DNA of 64,000 nucleotides from an uncultured Planctomycetaceae bacterium. Lineage in GTDB: Bacteria > Planctomycetota > Phycisphaerae > SM23-33. This document shows, one piece after another, positions 11,401 through 19,000 of this stretch. The DNA lies in contig CAYNYF010000007.1 in the NCBI GenBank assembly GCA_964401385.1, positions 3,206 to 67,205 on the forward strand, in the 5' to 3' direction. How positions within the stretch are numbered: position 1 is the stretch's first letter; each line of letters begins with the position of its first letter. A program made the translations under genes and the position numbers. The notes under the pieces were generated by a model that did no database searches, had not been told where the DNA came from, and saw only the letters and a program-made list of their open reading frames with translations.

Positions 11401-11622
11401 GGGGCGGCCCTGCCCGACCTGACCGCGCCGCAACTGGCGAAGCTGGGCATCACGCTGGAAGACTGGGCGCGGCTGCCGGGGCAGTTGCGGGACCAGGTCC
11501 TCCAGTCGGCCCGGCTGGGCGGGCCGGAGGAGTATCGCGGGCTGATCAAGCGATACTTCCAGGCCATCGCCAGACTCAGCGCCGAGAAGGAAACCTCCCC
11601 GCAGGAGCCGAAGAAGAAATGA
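5449..11622 (+). CDS. giant (2057 aa) membrane-anchored protein with beta-rich N-terminal region and about 1400 aa Gln/Ala-rich coiled-coil/low-complexity region; hypothetical
   Basis: Single long ORF. N-terminal TM segments (ALATLAAASLAMLVTVVIAV, CLWVGAGLGAAFVMLV). Extensive AQQAAQ-type repeats. Internal duplicated segments around 9000-9130 and 9930-10060 (QV.QL.RLA....Q.AMRQH.PTA.MQRAA.EL). ESGHGGQ tandem repeats. The stop overlaps the start of the downstream gene. Confidence 0.8.
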   Translation: MTRAATENGQLLAPIEAKLRRLIWRARAAIALRGALATLAAASLAMLVTVVIAVRWPFFEAWQQYALTCLWVGAGLGAAFVMLVRPLARSFSLAGIARVVEQHHPELHERISSTVELLHSSDAPEIRGSEALIHALATEAGQDARSVRPRREVTFRRARPFLIALAAVGAVIVVLCATSRGMRNEFAKRLLPFLNLPNFHAGDLIISPGVDRTVLAGERLEVTVSLTKGKAAKARWAEVHVARPEGGHQVVRMNLLPGPVGGIEGGGARPEKTFAYTTPPLQKSMRYRVRVGDARSRYYQATVEPRPAAAGIEVAYDYPDYLGREDLPPTPGTGRLEAPVGTVATVRVRLNKPVAAAELFVNDGPAELTRLGESEYSFVQALSRPSAGSWRLVLTDAHGYTGEAGGQIAAIADAAPAARIVSPVEDKLKLKPADRLPIGYTVYDEIGLDRAELVVAIDGGAERAMPVPMRKAATGPAAHPGELETVLNLTELELSSARKITFQLRAWDNRPDALGGAQEGVSAQKTIELDVKAPGYVFQVQMALDLRVRQTLERIYQELTEAKKLSEPLRRSMPATKKLTDKTVAKIKQMRQHLVTAEQDTRALAEVTAGSAYPTLSQTLSKLADANIAKAVDSSELIVVTDNQKARAEQADEADFQIDRALAIVSDLLKKFDVLTELARRAIALQELAERQEALAAAKLAEATTQPATAPAGGDDSAGAMSGEEWERAQEQVARDTGQLVRQTPNALHESLGRNQQRSRDLAEMAERLQRRQQALLQHTAAAEAVRQTQQQLRQLAAEQATLAGQIGQLAQQARPVPPSVEPTTQAAHQAQAAAGALTTTQPATALPMQTAAEQALAQTAQQAQAELQRHAAAELAAAAERMADQQAQLAQRSESAAPHQQTAQAAQQAAAQATARQRQVLAQVGGRLAGLARRQAALAQRAGQLEQPTSPPAPARPAQAMQQAATSLRQGDPASAAAQAARAGGQSQQLAGELARRAAAAPQAAQQAEQRAQQAAAQAQQAAQRAQKAAQAAAQAQQQSAAAAQRAQQAQATTQQTGAAAAQQAAAQAQQAAQRAQQAAQAAQKQSQQAQQASQAAAQAAQQARGQVQPAQQHSAAAGKLAQEQAQLAREIAAAAAREAPQAAQAQAAGQQAAAQQAQAAKQTRQAAQQLQGAPQAQQQLAKQVPQLKRLAAKADRQVQTAMRQHDPTAGMQRAAAELSRSRAARAAPSQRTAEQQLHRIAEAAREQLARTDPQRAAQQLAAAAERMARRQEQLAGESGEAVRQQQAGQAAQRTSEQQQQRQRQIVGQIAGRQAPLAGRQEALAKQAGQLEQAAAASQQARPARAMQQAAEQLRKASPQAAAPHAQQAAQQAERMAGELAQRSAAAEKASQGAAERSKAQPADQAAAQTARQAMARAQQASRQADAARQLARRQAELARQAAQAAAAEAPHAAQAQQAQQQAAADAAQAAHAGQQAARQAQATAGRQRQLTDQVGQLSRLAQQATPAAQAAMRQHNPTANMQRAAGELAQSRPAQAQPAQQAAARQLRQIAQAARQQVDPTRPTEATQIARSAASLAQQQQRLRARAAELTGQLARGQNQLDRQELTRLQAAQQQIAREAAELSDDVRQQAPQADRIDTQAARAAAEALRRLGGRQLAAAAESGHRAANLMNEMERRLGRPEEGGGEESGQRGEESGQGGEESGHAGQESGHGGQESGHGGQESGHGGQDSGQGSGQPGQGRSGQVQAATPSGQEPDQVAAEQGPTAAERRAELAEQAGDLAGRQQRVADEAAALAGRRRGQLLASRQQQIGEGTADLQQGAELINDHIRDLLPDATARQLARQATGALQQAAAAQSSAERAMSAGQPGQSMQPQQGSAAGLGRAAGALRRLGQRLSEQARRARQRPPEGEDALPGELAEAYDAARSASQSRQLSDAAMAARLMAQLAAGTIRRAMSMGVMPMAGWPNQSPEGMALSSNARVGAALPDLTAPQLAKLGITLEDWARLPGQLRDQVLQSARLGGPEEYRGLIKRYFQAIARLSAEKETSPQEPKKK
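8495..8705 (+). repeat. two near-identical about 60-bp segments 150 bp apart inside the giant gene (encode QAAAQAQQAAQRAQ.AAQAA)
   Basis: gccgcccaagcccaacaggc(t/c)gcccagcgcgcccag(aa/ca)ggc(g/c)gcacaggccgcc occurs at about 8495 and about 8645. Confidence 0.7.
10507..10650 (+). repeat. 24-bp tandem repeat array (about 6 units) encoding E-S-G-(H/Q)-G-G-(Q/E) repeats inside the giant gene
   Basis: Visible tandem units ggccaagagtccgggcacggc x3, flanked by degenerate units (gaagagtcaggccagcgtggt, gaagaatccgggcaaggtggt, ...). Confidence 0.8.
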
Positions 11623-12719
11623 CCCCCTCGCGAAAAGCGCTGGCGAGCGTCTGCTGCGGATTGACGATCGTGCTGCTGGCGGCGCCGCCGCAGGCGGCCG
11701 CCGACGAGGCGGTGGCGGTGCTGGCCAAGTACAGCCAGCCCATCGAGCAGGCGGTTAACCGGGCGCTGGCCTACCTCGCCCGCACCCAGCACAAGCAGGG
11801 CTACTGGCCCAGCGGCATCGGCAAGAACACCGCCGTCAGCTCGCTGGCGGTGATGGCCTTCCTGGCCAAGGGCTACACCCCCGGCACCGGGCCCTACGGC
11901 GAGGTGATCAACCGGGGCATCGACTTCGTCCTCAGCGCGCAGAAGCCCAACGGCCTGCTGGCGGCTAGCTCCTCCCAGGGGCCTTTCGGCTACTCCCACG
12001 CCATCTCCACGCTGATGCTCTCGGAAGTCTCCGGCATGGTCGACGCCGAGCGCCAGCAGCGGATCGACAAGGCCCTGCCGCACGCGGTCCGGCTGATTCT
12101 GACGGCCCAGAAGATCAAGCGACAGAACCGGCTGCATCAGGGCGGGTGGCGCTATCAGGCGACCAGCCGCGACGCGGACATCTCCTGCACCGGCTGGGCG
12201 CTGATGGCGCTGCGGTCGGCCCGGAACAACGGCGCGCCCGTCCCCAAAAAGGCCATCGACGACGCCGTCAAGTTCGTGCTGAGCTGCCGCGACGCCTCCG
12301 GCGGGGCCAAAGAGCCCGGCAAGGGCGTGGGGTTCTGCTACCAGCCGGGCTCGACCGCCTCCGGCCTGGCCCGGACCGGCACCGCCGTGACCTGCCTGGA
12401 GCTGTGCGGCAAGCACCGCTGCAAGGAGGCGATCGGCGGGGGAGACTGGATTCTGGCCCACCCGGCGAGGAGGTACGGGGCGAACTTCTTCTACTACGGG
12501 CTGTACTACTGCGCCCAGGGGATGTTCCAGTTGGGCGGGCGGCACTGGGAGCAGTTCGCCCCGCAGATGTACGAGATGATGCTGAAGTTCCAGCGGAAGG
12601 ACGGCTCCTGGCCGCAGGGCTCGGCCAACGAGTCCCGCGGCGGGCCCTGCTACGCCACGGCCATGGGGGTGCTGGCGATCGCCGTGAGCTATCGGCAGTT
12701 GCCGATCTATCAGCGCTAA
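11619..12719 (+). CDS. prenyltransferase/squalene-oxidase (terpene cyclase-like) repeat protein, secreted
   Basis: N-terminal signal peptide (LTIVLLAAPPQAAA). Repeated QxxxGxW-like motifs (QHKQGYWPSG, QKPNGLL, QGGWRYQ, RKDGSWPQG) typical of prenyltransferase / SQHop cyclase alpha-alpha toroid repeats. Start overlaps the giant gene stop (ATGA). Confidence 0.75.
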   Translation: MTPSRKALASVCCGLTIVLLAAPPQAAADEAVAVLAKYSQPIEQAVNRALAYLARTQHKQGYWPSGIGKNTAVSSLAVMAFLAKGYTPGTGPYGEVINRGIDFVLSAQKPNGLLAASSSQGPFGYSHAISTLMLSEVSGMVDAERQQRIDKALPHAVRLILTAQKIKRQNRLHQGGWRYQATSRDADISCTGWALMALRSARNNGAPVPKKAIDDAVKFVLSCRDASGGAKEPGKGVGFCYQPGSTASGLARTGTAVTCLELCGKHRCKEAIGGGDWILAHPARRYGANFFYYGLYYCAQGMFQLGGRHWEQFAPQMYEMMLKFQRKDGSWPQGSANESRGGPCYATAMGVLAIAVSYRQLPIYQR

Positions 12720-12740
12720 GCCGCCGGCGGGGCGCCGGCC

Positions 12741-13520
12741 TCAGCGGCGCTTGGCGTCGGGTCCGTCCGACGGCAGGGCGATGGTGAAGCAGGTGTTCTT
12801 GCCGGGCTGGCTTCGAACGCTGATCCGCCCCTTGAGCGATTGGACGATCTCCCGGCAGACGGCCAGGCCCAGGCCGGTGCCGTCGCCGTTCCTGGTGGTG
12901 AAGAAGGGCTCGAAGATGCGCTGGCGATTCTCCGGCGGGATTCCTACGCCGGTGTCGGCCACGCGAATGAACGTCTCGCCGTTGCGGCGGGAGGCGGAAA
13001 TGCTGATGCTCTGGCCCCCGCCCTTTTTCAGCACGGCCGTGCGGGCGTTGAGCAGCAGGTTCAGCAACACCTGCTTCAGCTCCACCGGGCGCGTGGTGAT
13101 CTGGAACTTCGGCGACACCTTCCGAATCAGAACGATGCCGTCCTTGGACGGGGCCCGCGCCATCGCCGCCAGGGTTTCCTCGACGAGTTGGGCGACGGGG
13201 ATGGTCTGGACCTGCTGGGGGTCGTCGCAGGTCAGATGCAGCAGCGCCTGGCAGATGGCGGCGGCGCTGTCGTAGCCCTTGCGAGCGCGGCGGAGGGAGC
13301 TCCGGCAGCTCGTCTCGTCGCCTTCATCGGCCAGGTCCAGCCGGCCGATGACGTGCGTGAGAATGTTGTTGATCTCGTGAACGATCATGCTGGTGATGGT
13401 GCCGACCGTCACCAGCCGTTGCGCCCGGCGAAGCTGATCGTCGAGGGCGCGGACCTCATCGCGAAGCTGTGCGACGAGACGGTTCCGCCCCACGACGCCG
13501 ACAGTAACAGCGCTGGTCAT
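12741..13520 (-). CDS. sensor-less histidine kinase (HisKA plus HATPase_c only)
   Basis: H-box ITSMIVHEINNILT. N-box LLNLLLNARTA. G-boxes VADTGVGI and GTGLGLAV. No TM or sensor domain. No adjacent response regulator. Confidence 0.85.
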   Translation of the reverse strand: MTSAVTVGVVGRNRLVAQLRDEVRALDDQLRRAQRLVTVGTITSMIVHEINNILTHVIGRLDLADEGDETSCRSSLRRARKGYDSAAAICQALLHLTCDDPQQVQTIPVAQLVEETLAAMARAPSKDGIVLIRKVSPKFQITTRPVELKQVLLNLLLNARTAVLKKGGGQSISISASRRNGETFIRVADTGVGIPPENRQRIFEPFFTTRNGDGTGLGLAVCREIVQSLKGRISVRSQPGKNTCFTIALPSDGPDAKRR

Positions 13521-13576
13521 GATGTGCCCGCTTACTAGAGCTGAAACTCTGACTGGTTCCGGCGATCAGTTATACT

Positions 13577-13616
13577 TATCGGAAAGGCCAGCGATAAACT
13601 TGATAGCGGAAAGGCG
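13577..13616. promoter_or_regulatory. direct repeat AT(C/A)GCGGAAAGGC ... 28 bp spacing, in the divergent promoter region upstream of the histidine kinase
   Basis: tatcggaaaggc at 13577-13588 and tagcggaaaggc at 13605-13616, 57-96 bp upstream of the HK start codon (13520, minus strand). Confidence 0.3.
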
Positions 13617-13624
13617 TCGGCGGC

Positions 13625-13894
13625 ATGGACGAGTACGGCAAATTGCGGGCGCTGCTGGATCTGGCCGAGTCCGTCGGCATCAGGATCCGGCGTGCGCCGG
13701 GCGGCGCCGACGGCGACGACGTCCACCCCGGCGGAGCCTTGGTCAGGCTGCGGGACCGGGAAATTCTCTTCCTGGACCCGACCGCCTCCGTGCCCGACCG
13801 CATCGCCGTGGTGGCGACCGCGCTCGCCGGGCGCAAGCAGATTGAGGAAACCTTCCTTCCCCCGGAAATCCGCCGGCTCATCGACGGCGCCTGA
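13625..13894 (+). CDS. hypothetical small protein (89 aa)
   Basis: ATG-initiated ORF with non-biased amino-acid composition (MDEYGKLRALLDLAESVGIRI...). The overlapping minus-strand ORF is Arg/Ser-rich, typical of a wrong frame. Confidence 0.4.
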   Translation: MDEYGKLRALLDLAESVGIRIRRAPGGADGDDVHPGGALVRLRDREILFLDPTASVPDRIAVVATALAGRKQIEETFLPPEIRRLIDGA

Positions 13895-13949
13895 GGCGGC
13901 GGGCGCGCGGGGCTTTACCCCCGGCCGCGGGGCAGTTAGCATTGGGTGC

Positions 13950-14336
13950 ATGGCTGCGTTGGCACACGGCATCGACATGGTCGACTGTGCCCGTCTGCGC
14001 GAGATGGTCGGGCGCTACGGCGATCGGTTCCTGAAGCGCGTCTTCACCCCGGTGGAGCTGGCGTACTGCCGCGGCAAGAAGCGCCAGACAGAGCACCTGG
14101 CCGGGCGGTTCGCCGCCAAGGAGGCGGTGCTGAAGGTTCTGGGAACGGGCCTTCAGCCCGGAATGCGGTGGACCGAGGTCGAGGTGAGCAACGAGCCCTC
14201 GGGCCAGCCGCGGGTGAAGCTGACCGGCCGCTGCCGACAGGTGGCCGAGCAAAAACGCCTGGGGGAAATCCTGGTCTCCATCAGCCACATCACCACGCAC
14301 GCCATCGCCTCGGCCGTGGCTTCCTCCCGTGCCTGA
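13950..14336 (+). CDS. acpS: holo-[acyl-carrier-protein] synthase (4'-phosphopantetheinyl transferase AcpS)
   Basis: GIDMVDCARL..., YCRGKKRQTEHLAGRFAAKEAVLKVLG and ...SISHIT motifs characteristic of AcpS. About 128 aa from the ATG at 13950, inside the longer ORF 13692..14336. Confidence 0.85.
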   Translation: MAALAHGIDMVDCARLREMVGRYGDRFLKRVFTPVELAYCRGKKRQTEHLAGRFAAKEAVLKVLGTGLQPGMRWTEVEVSNEPSGQPRVKLTGRCRQVAEQKRLGEILVSISHITTHAIASAVASSRA

Positions 14337-14357
14337 GCGCCCGCCGGCGTCGATGCC

Positions 14358-15638
14358 TCAGCGCCGCGACCGTTTCGAGGACTCCGCGCCGGCCTCGCTG
14401 TGCGGCCGGCCGAAGATCATTCGCCCCGCCGAGGTCTGGAGAACCGACGTGACGGTGATCTTCATTTCCCGACCGATGAACTCCCGCCCCTGCTCGGCCA
14501 CGATCATGGTGCCGTCGTCCAGGTAGCCCACCCCCTGGCCCACCTCCTCACCGGCCTTGATGATCTTCACCGTCAGCGCCTCGCCGGGAAGGAAGACCGG
14601 CTTCAGGGCGTTGGCCAGGTCGTTGATGTTGATCACCTCCACCCCGCGGAGCTGGGCGACCTTGTTGAGGTTGTAATCGTTGGTGACGACCCGCCCGTCC
14701 AGGTGCAGGGCCAGGGCCAGGAGTTTCTCGTCGACGCCGCGGGCCTCCTCGACGGACCGCACGCGGGCTTCGCTGATGCGGATCTGGATCTTGTCGTTGG
14801 ACTGAAGACGGTTGAGCATGTCCAGCCCGCGCCGCCCGCGGTTCCGCCTGAGCTTGTCGGAGGAGTCGGCGATGTCCTGAAGCTCCTCCAGCACGAACCG
14901 CGGCAGGATCATGGGACTTGCCAGGATGCGGGTGTCGGAGATGTCGGCAATCCGCCCGTCGATGATCACCGACGTGTCCAGCAGCAGCGGCCGCACCCCG
15001 CGCGTGTGCCGGGCGAACTCCACGTAGGGAATGATGAAGCGGAAGTCGTCCTTGGTCTGCATCACGAAGGAGACGCACAGGTAGATCGTGCACGCGCCCA
15101 CCAGCAGCTTGATCATCGCCACCAGCGCCGATCTGTGCCGCCAGCCGCCGGTCTCCTCGGTGCGGACCTCGCGCCGGAGATCGGCCAGCTCCTGGCGAAG
15201 GCTTTGCAGCCGACTGCTGAGAAGTCTCTCGCCCTCGTCCAGCTCCTTGCCGGGAAGGGTCGCGGGCAAGTCGCTTCGGCGCTCGACCCTGGCGGCCGTC
15301 TGCGGCGGCTCGGCGGCGACCACCGGCATCTGCTGGGGAAGGAACACGGCCGCGACGAGGTCCACCACCAGCCCCAGGATGTAGGCCAAAACCGCCCCGG
15401 CGACCACGCCGAAAAACAGCCCGCTGATGCCGCTCAGGCTCTTCCGCTCGGTGCCGACGTCCACCAGCATCAACATAACTGCTAGCGCCACCGGTATCAG
15501 AATGACCAGCGTGACCTTGGTGTCCGGGGAGAGCCCTTCCGGGCCGGAGGTCTCCCGCACCTCGGGCGTGGTGGCGTAGCTGACGGCGATGGCGAGAACG
15601 ACTACCACGAAGATGGCGCGGATGATGTGCAGTATCAT
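14358..15638 (-). CDS. PIN/TRAM domain membrane protein (YacL-like)
   Basis: N-terminal TM helices. PIN-like core ([15 protein letters not shown]...). C-terminal TRAM-like beta barrel ([29 protein letters not shown]). Confidence 0.8.
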   Translation of the reverse strand: MILHIIRAIFVVVVLAIAVSYATTPEVRETSGPEGLSPDTKVTLVILIPVALAVMLMLVDVGTERKSLSGISGLFFGVVAGAVLAYILGLVVDLVAAVFLPQQMPVVAAEPPQTAARVERRSDLPATLPGKELDEGERLLSSRLQSLRQELADLRREVRTEETGGWRHRSALVAMIKLLVGACTIYLCVSFVMQTKDDFRFIIPYVEFARHTRGVRPLLLDTSVIIDGRIADISDTRILASPMILPRFVLEELQDIADSSDKLRRNRGRRGLDMLNRLQSNDKIQIRISEARVRSVEEARGVDEKLLALALHLDGRVVTNDYNLNKVAQLRGVEVININDLANALKPVFLPGEALTVKIIKAGEEVGQGVGYLDDGTMIVAEQGREFIGREMKITVTSVLQTSAGRMIFGRPHSEAGAESSKRSRR

Positions 15639-15775
15639 GACCGCCTCCCTGGTTTATGATATCTATGTCTATGATTCGCTAAAGCTGATTGTACCCGAGC
15701 CGGAATATATTATCCATCCACTTCCTTTAACCGCCACCAGCCGGCCCCGTTGCGGCCAAAGTCCGCCCCCGCGCG

Positions 15776-15846
15776 GCTCTAAGCTGGCCACAGGAATATC
15801 TGCCCGCCTGCCTGGCGGAGGTGGGCGGGGAGGTGAGCAGGCACAG
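15776..15846. repeat. GC-rich intergenic element, copy A (related to copy B at 50505-50606)
   Basis: gctggccacaggaatatctgcccgcctgcctggcggaggtgggcggggaggtgagcagg versus copy B gctggtcacaggaatgtttgcccgcccgcctggcg...ggaagtgggcagggaggtgggcagg. Contains imperfect inverted repeats (cctgcc/ggcagg, cccgcc/ggcggg). Confidence 0.5.
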
Positions 15847-15883
15847 TGTGAGGAGGCGAGGATACGTCTGCGGGGGCGGCGGA

Positions 15884-16040
15884 ACATACCACGAATTACA
15901 CCAATTACGGCGAATTCCACGAATGGCCTCCTTTTCTTGAGGCAGCTCTGCCCAATTCGTGCAATTCGTGAGAATTCCCGCCTGCCAGGTAGCGGGCAGG
16001 CGTGTCATTCGTGTTCGCGTTCGTTGGCATGTGTGGAAAC
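15884..16040. promoter_or_regulatory. cluster of CACGAAT / ATTCGTG motifs (at least 6 copies in both orientations) in the addA-downstream / PIN-TRAM-upstream intergenic region
   Basis: ccacgaattacaccaattacggcgaattccacgaatgg ... cccaattcgtgcaattcgtgagaattc ... gtcattcgtgttcgcgttcgttgg. Confidence 0.35.
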
Positions 16041-16058
16041 CGTGGGCGGGTCCGCTGT

Positions 16059-19000
16059 TCAAACATCGCTGCGGCCCGCTTGGCTGGCGCGCCCGCACAA
16101 CCCCGCGCAGGCGCAGCCCGCACAGGGCTCCGCGCCGCCGCCGGACGGGCGGCGGGCGAACCGCCCGGTCCGCCGCGAGCGGGTGAGGTTTTTCGCCAGC
16201 TCGCCCAGGCGCCTGGCCAGGCCGGCCAGCGCCGCCCCGCCCACGGCAAAGCTGTGCCCGCGCCCCGGCCGGAGGAAGTACACCGTCGCGTCGGCGACGT
16301 TTTGCCCGAGGTGCCCGGCGGCCGCGGCCGCATACATCATCATCTGCAACTCATACCGGGCGGCGCGGGCGCCCACGTCGGCAGCGGCGAGGCGATCGGA
16401 CTTGTAGTCCACCACGTGCCAGTCGCCCCCGGCGTCCTGGTAGAGAAGATCGATCTTCCCGGAGACGTCCAGCCCGGGCCCGCGGAAGAGGAAGGACAGC
16501 TCGCGCAGCCGCCGGCCGGCGCCGCAGAGTTCGCCCAGCAGCGGATGCTCGGCCAGGCGGCCCAACATCTCGGTCAGTTCGCCGGCCAGCTCGGCCGGGT
16601 CGACGGAAAGCTCGCGCTCGGCCAGCGCCCGCCCCACCAGGGACCGGGCGTGGGCGGCGACCTCCCCCGCTCGCGGCGACCGGAGGCAGTCGAAATTCAC
16701 CAGCTCCATGCATCGATGGAAGACCGTGCCGGCGGTGGCGGCATCGAGCAGTTTTCCCGACGGCGGGCCGGCACCGCCGCCGGCAAGGACGTCCACGGGC
16801 ACGCGCAGCTCGTGGCGCCAGCGGTACAGCATGGGGCAGTGGGCGAAATCGACCAGCGCCGTCGCGGCGATCCTGCCGGCGGGGCCTGCCTCCGGCAGCG
16901 GACCGACCAGCGCCAGCTCGCCCGCCTTGCCCGCCCGGGTGAGGGCGTCGGCCAGCCGAGACGCGTCCGCCGCGGCGGCCGCCATCTTCCGCCCGATCGG
17001 CCGGCGCCGCCCTCCGCCGCGGGACGGGGCGCTCGGAGTGATGCGAGCCAGGCGGGCGAAAAAGCCGTCGCCGTAGCCGATCCGGTCCGCCCCGCGCTCC
17101 AGGGCGCCGGCGACGTCGAGCACACCGTCGAGCTGGGCGAGGTAGCTGCCCGAGTCGCGGAAGCGGCCGTCCCTGTCGCGCCAGTCGGCGCCGACCAGGA
17201 TCAGGTGGTCCTGATGGCGCGTGACGGCGACGTACAGCTTGCGGACGTCCTCGGCCGCCAGTTCGTCCCGCTCGGCCTGTTTGGCCAGGCGATACGACAG
17301 CGGCTCACCCGCGGCGTCCCCGCCGTCATCGTCCTCGACGAGACCCGGCGGCTTGTAGGCGATTCCCCAGTCCCGGCGAAACAGCAGCGGCCCGCGCGGT
17401 CCCATCCGCCCGGCGTTCAGGTCGGGAACGACCACCACCGGGAACTCCAGCCCCTTGGCCTTGTGGATGGTCATGATGCGGACGACGTCCTCGGCCTCGC
17501 CGGCGACGGCGGCCTGCTCGTAGCGCGATTCGGCCAGCACCAGCTCGCCGTAGCGCTGAACGAAATCGGCCAGCGTCATCCGCCCGGCGCTCTGCGCCGA
17601 CCGGGCCGACTCCAGCAGCCGATACACGTTGGCGAGCTTCCGCCGGCCGTGGAATTGGCTCAGCAGCGCGGCCGCGTAGCCCGTCTGGCTCAGCAGCGTC
17701 TCGATCAGGCCGGCGGCCCCGAGGGCGTCCTTGCCGCGGTGCAGCCGCCCGAGCAGGTCGCGGGCGAACCGGAGCTGCTCCCGCTGCGGCGCCGCCAGGT
17801 GGGCGAGTACCTCCGGGGCGGCAAGCCGCTGGAAGTACGGCGGGCTCGCCGCCAGGGCCACGTGCAGCAGGACGTTGTCGTTCAGCCCAAACATCGCGCT
17901 GCGGAGCGCGCCGAACAGGGCCACGTCGTCGAACGGGTTGTCGATCGCCCGCAGGGCGTTGAGGACGTCGTACACCTCCTGCTGCCGGAAGAAGCCGGTG
18001 CCGGCCACGACGTAGTAGGCGACGCCGCGCTGCCGCAGGGCGCGCTCGTAGGCCAGGCTGTTGGTCCTGCGGGCCAGCAGAATGGCGACGTCGCCGGCCC
18101 GCGCCGGCCGCCACTGCTTCTTCCCGTGGTCGAAGACGGTTCTCCCCCGCCCGATTATCTCGGCGATCCGCCCGGCCACCACGTCGGCCTGGGCGACGGC
18201 GACGGCCTCGGCGTTGGGCTGCTCGCCGGCATCGGCCAGCAAAATCTCCACGCTCGCTCCCGGCGGCAGCTCCCGCCGCGAGGAGACGATCTCCTCGTAG
18301 CCGTCGCCCATCAGCCGCGAAAAAACGTGATTGATCAGCCCCACGCCGGCACCGTGGGCCCGGAACGTCTCGGTCAGCGGGATCCGCGCCTTGCCGAACC
18401 GGCCGCACAGCCGCTCGAAAACCTCCGCCTGGGCCCCGCGGAACCGGTAGATGCTCTGCTTCACGTCGCCGACGATGAAGATCTTGCCCGGCGGGGGGCT
18501 CTCGCCGTCGGTGAGGATCCCCCAGAGCATTTCGAGCTGGTGGGGGTCGGTGTCCTGGCATTCGTCGATGAGCATCTGGGAGAACTTCTTTCGCAGGCCC
18601 GAGCGGACGGAAGCATTCTCCCGCAGCAACCTGCGCGTCCGCAGGATCAGGTCGTCGAAGTCCAGCAGGCCCTGGCCGCGCTTGGCCCGGTCGTAGCGGC
18701 CGATCGCCTCCCGCGCCAGGGCGGTCAGCGTCGCCAGGCATCGAGCGGCCTCGGCGTCGGCGCCGCCGAGGTCCTCGAACCACACCGACAGTGCCGCGAA
18801 GCGCCCCACGAAGTCGCGCAGGCGGTCGCGGAACTGCTTCCGCGCGTCCTTGCCGCCCCAGGCCTTGGCGCCGCCGATGCCGCCGGGCTTATCCTTCAAT
18901 GAAGCCACGTCCTCCGCGGCGACCGACTCCGGCCGCTGAAGCATCCTGGCGATGACGGCGAGCTTCTCCTCCCGGTAGGCCAGCAGCCTGTCGGCCGGAT

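Noticed and set aside
15589-16407. 272-aa ORF spanning the PIN/TRAM-addA intergenic region
   Set aside because: Runs through an intergenic region containing repeat elements and overlaps the addA 3' end. R/P/A-rich, with no start-site support.
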